Assembly (NCBI GenBank): GCA_051532035.1
Contig: JAOPTW010000015.1
Span: 32,001-96,000 of the forward strand
DNA length: 64,000 bases
Source of the DNA: Fibrobacterales bacterium
GTDB lineage: Bacteria > Fibrobacterota > Fibrobacteria > Fibrobacterales > JAOPTW01
Direction: 5' to 3'
Positions within the stretch are counted from its first letter, which is position 1. Each line of letters starts with the position of its first letter. A program made the translations under genes and the position numbers. Under the pieces are notes generated by a model. The model searched no databases and was not told where the DNA came from. It saw only the letters and a program-made list of their open reading frames with translations. Below are positions 57,538-64,000 of the stretch, one piece after another.

Positions 57538-59343
57538 ATGATTAAATACCTCTCTATACTTATAGCCCTATCTACGTCACTTGTTTCAGCACAAGGAAAG
57601 TGTGCGTCGAGCTACTTTTATGACTCATCTCATCACCATAGCTCTCCTACCGATCTTTCCATGAGTGTTACTCATACAAGTAAAAAGGTTTCAGCCAGCC
57701 ATAGGCTCTGTACCCACATTGACTTTAATGACTCTGTCTACTCATTTGAATCCGAACACTTTGTACTCTATTACACACGTACCGGTATACATAAAATTGC
57801 TGGATCTACTGATAACACATACCAAAAATATCTTGACACAATGGGAATTAAGCTTGAGCAAGCCTACAACTTTTACACCGACTCACTACAACTCGATGTA
57901 TCGAAACCCTTTCCTACGTCATATCAATATGACCAACCTGCAATCGCTGGAAAGTACACCATCGAAATTGTCGACGTGCACCACTTACGCTCAGATAAAA
58001 GGACCGATCTACAAGATGACATTCAGTTCGAAGCCATATATGGGTTTGTTGTCCCTAACAAAGAAGACTTCAATTACACCCATATGTTTGTTGAGAACGA
58101 TTATCTCTACACTTATAGAGGCACTCCCGAGCAACTTTTTGAATCACCTCAAGGCACCTGTTCCTACTACGAGAGCAACACCCCCATCATCTCAGAAAGT
58201 AGTGGTGCAACCGTAAGCTATGCATCTGAAAAAGAAAAGGCATTTGATGTAACTGTAGTTCATGAACTTTATCATGCATTTCAATTCAATTACGAAAAGA
58301 ACTTTAAGACTCTTCATTTCTGGTTCGAAGCCTCGGCAACAGGAATGGAAGATATACTTTCACCAGATATCAATGATTATTGGCAGTATACAAATAGCCT
58401 CTTCAATAGTCCTGATTCAAGTATCCTTACTACCAACCGCAAACATGAATATGGACAAGGCCTCTTTTTACACTACATCCTCCATCGATTCCCCAATGCA
58501 ATCGAAAAACAAATCTGGGAACATAGAGCTGCGAACGCAGGTTCACCCATTGCTGAAAGTTTTGACTTTGTATTTAGCACTTACTATAATACTACTTTTA
58601 ATGAAGTCTACAATGACTACTCAGCTCAATTACTCTTTTCTGGTCTTAGAAGCTCCAGCGACCCTGACCCTTTTAACTCTGACATGAGTCAGTTCCCTAT
58701 GATATATCCAGAAACGCTCTCTACCCAAAGCCTCGACTCCATTATTCTTTCAACATCACTTACAGCCAAAACCTTTGACCTTGAAAGCATAAAACCAGGA
58801 GATTCGATCTTCGTTACCATCTTACCAACTATTTCTCTCTCACTTATCGAGATTGACACACTCTTGGATACCGCCATTGTTACATCACTCTCTGGTCCCA
58901 CTATTAAACTTATTGGGGATTCACTCACGAATCCATCATTTCTTACAATAAGTTATAAAGCAAGTGGCAGTTCATCCTCACAAAGTAACGGTATTATCCA
59001 AATAACAGTATCTGAAGAGGAGATCACCCTAACTGATCCTCCTCCACTTCCCCCAAAAATATCTCCCCCATATCCAAATCCATTTAATTATCGCAATATT
59101 ACCCATGAAAGAATAACATTCCCCGCTGATAATATTCCTGTAGGAACCACCATAACCATTTTCTCGCGAAAGGGTGTTGTCGTACAAACCCTCACCGCTC
59201 AAACACAAACGAATCAAACTGGACACACTGAATTTATTTGGAATAATGCACTCAGCTCAACAAACTCTAAACTCCCTTCAGGGTATTACTACTACATAGA
59301 TTCATTTCACAACAAACCGAAGAAAATAATAATTCTTAACTAA
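57538..59343 (+). CDS. Secreted zinc metalloprotease (MXAN_6640-like) with a T9SS/FlgD-like C-terminal domain
   Basis: Signal peptide; HFVLYY..G.H; ENDY; HELYHAFQ; WFEASATGMED; C-terminal PYPNPFN...IFSRKG...W...LPSGYY. Confidence 0.8.
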   Translation: MIKYLSILIALSTSLVSAQGKCASSYFYDSSHHHSSPTDLSMSVTHTSKKVSASHRLCTHIDFNDSVYSFESEHFVLYYTRTGIHKIAGSTDNTYQKYLDTMGIKLEQAYNFYTDSLQLDVSKPFPTSYQYDQPAIAGKYTIEIVDVHHLRSDKRTDLQDDIQFEAIYGFVVPNKEDFNYTHMFVENDYLYTYRGTPEQLFESPQGTCSYYESNTPIISESSGATVSYASEKEKAFDVTVVHELYHAFQFNYEKNFKTLHFWFEASATGMEDILSPDINDYWQYTNSLFNSPDSSILTTNRKHEYGQGLFLHYILHRFPNAIEKQIWEHRAANAGSPIAESFDFVFSTYYNTTFNEVYNDYSAQLLFSGLRSSSDPDPFNSDMSQFPMIYPETLSTQSLDSIILSTSLTAKTFDLESIKPGDSIFVTILPTISLSLIEIDTLLDTAIVTSLSGPTIKLIGDSLTNPSFLTISYKASGSSSSQSNGIIQITVSEEEITLTDPPPLPPKISPPYPNPFNYRNITHERITFPADNIPVGTTITIFSRKGVVVQTLTAQTQTNQTGHTEFIWNNALSSTNSKLPSGYYYYIDSFHNKPKKIIILN

Positions 59344-59389
59344 AGTGAATGTAATCTACACTGAGAATATTTTAATTAATGGTGGATAC

Positions 59390-59425
59390 AAAAAAGCCAG
59401 ACTACGGGAGAGTGCAGTCTGGCTT
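59390..59425. terminator. Intrinsic terminator after ftsZ, possibly bidirectional
   Basis: aagccagact...agtctggctt 10-bp arms with an A-tract on the left. Confidence 0.7.
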
Positions 59426-59444
59426 CTATCAAGATTAATGAATA

Positions 59445-61022
59445 TTAATCTTGAAATCTAAGGAACGCAGGGCGTTCATCTACTTTACTATTCTCTTGAG
59501 AGTAAAGGTCTTCACTTTCTGTCATCTTACTATCAACACTTTTTAAGCCACCAATACGTTGAAATGCAGGCTTTGAATAGTCGACTCCATCGTCAATCAT
59601 TCCTCGGTTCAACTCTTGAATGCGCTGAGTTGGGCGAACAACATGACTTATTTGTTCATTATCTTTTTGAAGCTCACTACAATAGTCCGACATCTCTTGT
59701 GGTTCTGCAACAATGGTCTCTTCAACCTCTTGTGAACGTACATCTATGGAAGAACTCTCTTCATTCATTCTCAAAAAGCTTGGTCTTTCATCATTAGAAG
59801 CACTTCCAAAGAATGACTCTTCAAATTCTGGATTCATTTTAGGAATTGAGGCATCTATTGTAAGCTCTGGAGCAATTGGAGCCTCCGTAGTGTGCACCTC
59901 TTGGAGCGCATCAACTTCTTCTTTTGAAATAATAGGTTCGATAGTTTGAGGTATACGACTCTCTTCTTGTACCGGCTCAACCACTTGTGGTTCTAGCCCA
60001 GGAGTAACCTGAGGCGCAACAACGCCTTGAACATCTGTTGTTTTCTCAGTAACTTTACCATTAGTAAATCCTGTTGCAATAACAGTAACTGCAACTCTTT
60101 CACCCATAGAGCTATCAATAACATTACCAAAGATGATATGTGGCTCATTCTCTTCACCAACCATATCATAGATATATGTCATAACATCGTTTATTTCATG
60201 CATTGCCAACTCATCACCACCAGTAATATTTACCAAAATACCACCAGCACCACTGATCGAAATATTTTCGAGAAGCGGTGAATGAATTGCAAGTTCAGCA
60301 GCAAGTTGTGCTTTCCCTTCGCCTTCTGCAATACCAGTACCGATAAGTGCTTCGCCACCATTATTCATAATTTCGCGAACATCGGCAAAGTCAACCTGCA
60401 TAAATCCATGATTTAAGATAATATCAGAAATGCCTTTTACCGCATCCATAAGTACCCCATCAACAGTCTTGTATGCATCGAGAACAGTAGTGTTCTTAGG
60501 GATTACATCAAAAATTTTCTGATTCTGTATCGCGATGATAGTATCAACGTTACTCGTAAGGTTATTCAACCCTTTTTTACTGTGACGTTTGCGTATAGGG
60601 CCTTCCCAATTAAATGGCTCAGTCACAACACCAACCGTAAGTATACCAAGTTCGCGTGAAATTTCTGCGACAACTGGAGCAGCTCCTGTACCAGTTCCGC
60701 CACCCATACCACCGGCGATAAAAACCATATCAGCACCAGAGAGTGCTTCTTCGACAAGTTTTCTATCTTCCTGGATCGCTTCAAAGCCCTTGTCAGGACG
60801 TGATCCAGCACCAAGACCTTTACATAATTTTTGACCGATACTAATCTTTCTTTCGGCAAGGTTGTTTTCGAGTGCCATTGCATCAGTATTAATTGCAATA
60901 AACTCGACGCCGTGCAATCCACTTTCAATCATACGATTGAGTGCATTACCACCGGCACCACCTACACCAATGACCTTAATCTTGGCTCGGTTCTCTTTTG
61001 TTTCATCTAGCGTTATAACCAT
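59445..61022 (-). CDS. ftsZ: Cell division protein FtsZ with a long C-terminal linker
   Basis: GVGGAGGN, GMGGGTGTG, VDFADV, VIATG; C-terminal PAFLR. Confidence 0.98.
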   Translation of the reverse strand: MVITLDETKENRAKIKVIGVGGAGGNALNRMIESGLHGVEFIAINTDAMALENNLAERKISIGQKLCKGLGAGSRPDKGFEAIQEDRKLVEEALSGADMVFIAGGMGGGTGTGAAPVVAEISRELGILTVGVVTEPFNWEGPIRKRHSKKGLNNLTSNVDTIIAIQNQKIFDVIPKNTTVLDAYKTVDGVLMDAVKGISDIILNHGFMQVDFADVREIMNNGGEALIGTGIAEGEGKAQLAAELAIHSPLLENISISGAGGILVNITGGDELAMHEINDVMTYIYDMVGEENEPHIIFGNVIDSSMGERVAVTVIATGFTNGKVTEKTTDVQGVVAPQVTPGLEPQVVEPVQEESRIPQTIEPIISKEEVDALQEVHTTEAPIAPELTIDASIPKMNPEFEESFFGSASNDERPSFLRMNEESSSIDVRSQEVEETIVAEPQEMSDYCSELQKDNEQISHVVRPTQRIQELNRGMIDDGVDYSKPAFQRIGGLKSVDSKMTESEDLYSQENSKVDERPAFLRFQD

Positions 61023-61044
61023 TTGGCTCTCCCTGGTTCTGTAA

Positions 61045-62289
61045 TTAAATATAATTCTTTAAAAAGTTGATAAAGCGATTAAATACGTTTTTAAGGTTTT
61101 CATTTCCTAGGCCCACTCGCGTCTCACCCCCAATACCACGGGCTTGGTGCTGTCCATATACAACCAATCCAACCCCTGTAGCGTTCTCAGGTTTTGAGAC
61201 TACATCTGTCAAGCCTCCAAACGAGATCGGCTTACCTAACTTAACCGGCACACCGAATACCTCTTCTGCGAGTTCCATGCCACCTTTTGTTATTGAGCAA
61301 CCTCCTGTAAGTACAATTCCCGCACCAAGACGATCGAGAAGCCCTTTACGCTTGATCTCTTTGAGAACAATCATATAGATTTCTTGCATCCGTGCACGAA
61401 TTATTGAGGAAACGACAGATTGTGGAATTTCTCGTTGTGGACGACCACCTACCCCAGGCACCACCACAAAACGATCATTCTCTATATTTGAGGTTCCACA
61501 TGACCCATATTTTTTCTTAATTTCTTCAGCCTTTTCGACTGGTGTTCTAATTCCAATAGCGATGTCAGAAGTAACATTTTTTCCGCCAAATCCAATACTA
61601 AATGTGTGATTGATAGCGTTATCAAGATAGATACTCACATCCGTCGTACCACCACCCACATCTATAACAGCAACGCCAAGCTCTTTCTCATCATCCTCAA
61701 GAACTGAGTAAGACGCAGCCAGGGGCGTTACCACAATGCCCAATATATTTAGGCCAGCTTTCGTAACCGCTTTAAGCACATTCTGCTTTGCCGTCGTCGC
61801 TCCAGTAATTACATGAACATAGCCTTCAAGCTTTACTCCGGTCATCCCAATAGGATCAGTTATCCCGGCCGTTTCATCATCAACAACAAACCCTTGTGGC
61901 AATGCATGAAGCACCTCTTTACCCGAAGGCAACGATATCGTTTTTGCCTGATCAATAACATTAATAACATCTTGCGCCGTAATTTCATTATCGGGACGCA
62001 TAACCGCAGTCATTCCTCGCCCCTCAATAGAACGTATATGATCACCTGATAGACTCACATAGACATCTTTAATGTTTTCGGTGCCTGCCATAAGTTTGGC
62101 TTCTTCTACCGCTCTCTCAATTGATACAACTGTTTTATCAATATTAACGACACACCCTTTATTGAGCCCACCAGATGGGCTCGTGCCAATACCAACCAAG
62201 TTTAGGTTGTTTTCCTCATCGATTTCACCAATGACAACGCCAATCTTTGAAGATCCAATATCCAATCCAACTATGATTTTCGAATTCAT
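61045..62289 (-). CDS. ftsA: Cell division protein FtsA
   Basis: GLDIGSSK, IDVGGGTT, AEEIKKKYG, VLTGG. Confidence 0.97.
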   Translation of the reverse strand: MNSKIIVGLDIGSSKIGVVIGEIDEENNLNLVGIGTSPSGGLNKGCVVNIDKTVVSIERAVEEAKLMAGTENIKDVYVSLSGDHIRSIEGRGMTAVMRPDNEITAQDVINVIDQAKTISLPSGKEVLHALPQGFVVDDETAGITDPIGMTGVKLEGYVHVITGATTAKQNVLKAVTKAGLNILGIVVTPLAASYSVLEDDEKELGVAVIDVGGGTTDVSIYLDNAINHTFSIGFGGKNVTSDIAIGIRTPVEKAEEIKKKYGSCGTSNIENDRFVVVPGVGGRPQREIPQSVVSSIIRARMQEIYMIVLKEIKRKGLLDRLGAGIVLTGGCSITKGGMELAEEVFGVPVKLGKPISFGGLTDVVSKPENATGVGLVVYGQHQARGIGGETRVGLGNENLKNVFNRFINFLKNYI

Positions 62290-62304
62290 TCCGGCCTTTT
62301 CTCC

Positions 62305-62988
62305 CTACCTCAGATATGCGAAGTCTGCAAAACGCATATCAATAATATTCTCTGTAAGTTCACTTGTTAATTGCTCATCTTGAATCAAACGATACTTATG
62401 AGCCAACGTGCGGTAATCTGTATCTTTTCCAACAAGAATTCTCTGACTTTTTCCTAATACAAACAGTACTCCTGCCGACAATTTTGCATTCCAGGTTATC
62501 TCTGAAAGTGAGTCATACAGTGACCGATTAGAACGTTTAATCTGTTTCAACATATGGAGCATAATCGGTGCATGTTCTTTTTGAGTAATTATAGGAAGCA
62601 CCCCTCTATGATACAAATCAGCAGTAACCACATCCCCTGTTTCGAGAAGATACTTCCATTCTCCATCGTAAAGTGATGCAAGGGGAGAGTGCTCCTCAAT
62701 AGTGATAATTATTGTTCCAAATGAAGCTTGCTCAATAGTAACTGTCTTTATCTCAGGAAGAGCCTTCAACTGAGTTGTTGCTTCAGCAACACTACTATCA
62801 GACAACTCCATACCATATTCAAAACCAATGATCGACATAATTCTATTCTTGTGAAGTACACCGTCAGTATTTACCACCACATCCTTGATTGGTGACTCAG
62901 GTATTATTTCTACCACGGAGTCCACGGCACTATACGCACCAAAACAGACTATTACTAACACACATATCCATATCACTATTCGTTTCAT
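62305..62988 (-). CDS. ftsQ: Cell division protein FtsQ/DivIB
   Basis: N-terminal TM; POTRA-like LPEIKTV; C-terminal IDMRF; between murC and ftsA; start moved to ATG 62988. Confidence 0.8.
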   Translation of the reverse strand: MKRIVIWICVLVIVCFGAYSAVDSVVEIIPESPIKDVVVNTDGVLHKNRIMSIIGFEYGMELSDSSVAEATTQLKALPEIKTVTIEQASFGTIIITIEEHSPLASLYDGEWKYLLETGDVVTADLYHRGVLPIITQKEHAPIMLHMLKQIKRSNRSLYDSLSEITWNAKLSAGVLFVLGKSQRILVGKDTDYRTLAHKYRLIQDEQLTSELTENIIDMRFADFAYLR

Positions 62989-62992
62989 AGTT

Positions 62993-64000
62993 CTATCCCT
63001 CGGCTCCGAGCTGTGCACCTATTTTCCAAACTGTTCCTGCACCCATCACCAACACCACATCTGTCTCACTGAGTTCACTTTTAAGCGTAGCAGTAATCTC
63101 ATCAAAATCTGAAAGAGCGCGCACATCTTTGTGTCCAAGTTTTTTACACGCCCCAATAATCAACTGAGACGTGACCCCTTCTATTGGCTTTTCGCGGGCG
63201 CCATAAATATCAGTTATTATTACGGTATCGGAGTCAACAAATGCTGAAGCAAATGCTTCATAGTGATCATGTGTTCTACTATACAGATGGGGTTGAAATA
63301 CGACAACAACTCTTTTATCATAAAAATGCTCTTTAGCTGCACCAAGTGTAGCCGCAACTTCTGTAGGGTGGTGTGCATAATCGTCATACACAGGACATCC
63401 ATTGACTGATCCCACTCTTTCAAACCGACGTTTTACCCCTGAAAATCCTTTAATCCCAGACTGAATTACTTCAAATGGAATTCCCTCTTCGTGGGCTAGC
63501 GCTATTGCACCCATTGCATTATTTACATTATGAGATCCTGGTATATGTAACTCTATTGTTCCAAGGTTTTCACCAAAAGCCACTACAGAAAAACGGGTAA
63601 TAAAGCCATCACGCTCAACGGAATCGACTCTGTAATCTGCTTGTTTAGAAAAGCCATAGGTCACTACGGGCTTTACAATAGAAGGTATAATCTCCTGAAT
63701 CCCTAGATCATCAATACAAACAATTGCCTGGCCGTAGAATGGAACTTTATTAGCAAACTGGACAAATGCTGATTTGATTTCGTCCATATCAGCATAACAA
63801 TCGAGATGATCTTCATCTACATTAGTAATAAGCGCCATTGATGGCACCATTTGAAGAAATGATTTATCATACTCATCCGCTTCAGCAATAAGTGCATCAC
63901 CTGAACCATATTGTGCACCAGTTCCAAGACTTTTTACAACGCCACCCACTATGATAGTTGGATCGAGCTTGGCTTCATTCCAAATAGCGCCAACCATTGA
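62993..64000 (-). CDS. murC: UDP-N-acetylmuramate--L-alanine ligase, 5' end outside the window
   Basis: AEADEYD, TNVDEDHLD, GVKRRF, DDYAHHPTE, FQPHLYSRT, MGAG. Confidence 0.96.
   Translation of the reverse strand, partial: SMVGAIWNEAKLDPTIIVGGVVKSLGTGAQYGSGDALIAEADEYDKSFLQMVPSMALITNVDEDHLDCYADMDEIKSAFVQFANKVPFYGQAIVCIDDLGIQEIIPSIVKPVVTYGFSKQADYRVDSVERDGFITRFSVVAFGENLGTIELHIPGSHNVNNAMGAIALAHEEGIPFEVIQSGIKGFSGVKRRFERVGSVNGCPVYDDYAHHPTEVAATLGAAKEHFYDKRVVVVFQPHLYSRTHDHYEAFASAFVDSDTVIITDIYGAREKPIEGVTSQLIIGACKKLGHKDVRALSDFDEITATLKSELSETDVVLVMGAGTVWKIGAQLGAEG

Noticed and set aside
1..64000. tRNA/rRNA genes, prophage, transposase or integrase
   Set aside because: No cloverleaf or rRNA signatures in the short intergenic regions and no ORF with such motifs. 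This was by eye only; tRNAscan-SE/Rfam would be decisive.

Overview
AT-rich, gene-dense bacterial chromosomal segment that is almost entirely core genome. An FCB-group origin, most likely Fibrobacterota, is inferred from the rplM-rpsI-rpsB-tsf-pyrH-frr linkage, TAnnTTTG-like promoter boxes, Bacteroidota-style sdhCAB and a T9SS-like C-terminal domain. Contents: purDE-tsaC, rplM-rpsI-rpsB-tsf-pyrH-frr-uppS-cdsA-dxr-rseP, alaS, gpmI, ndk-sdhCAB, tamB-tamA-like, ppiD-like, nadB, mtgA, two FKBPs, pyrR-pyrB-pyrC', apt, trxA and the end of the dcw cluster (murC-ftsQ-ftsA-ftsZ). I saw no tRNA, rRNA, CRISPR array, prophage or transposase, and no complete novel multi-gene system that I can support. Best leads: (1) a stand-alone lipoprotein copy of the RseP tandem-PDZ module directly behind rseP; (2) a eukaryote-type diacylglycerol kinase coupled to sdhCAB and a gamma-carbonic anhydrase; (3) an FtsZ with three copies of its C-terminal membrane-anchor-binding peptide; (4) a STAND ATPase-TPR protein with a degenerate cyclase domain; (5) several apparent pseudoenzymes (RlmD-like, RmlD-like, SGNH-like, PyrC'); (6) small palindromic and repeat elements at 4.6-4.8 kb. 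All family calls come from motif recognition by eye, not database searches.
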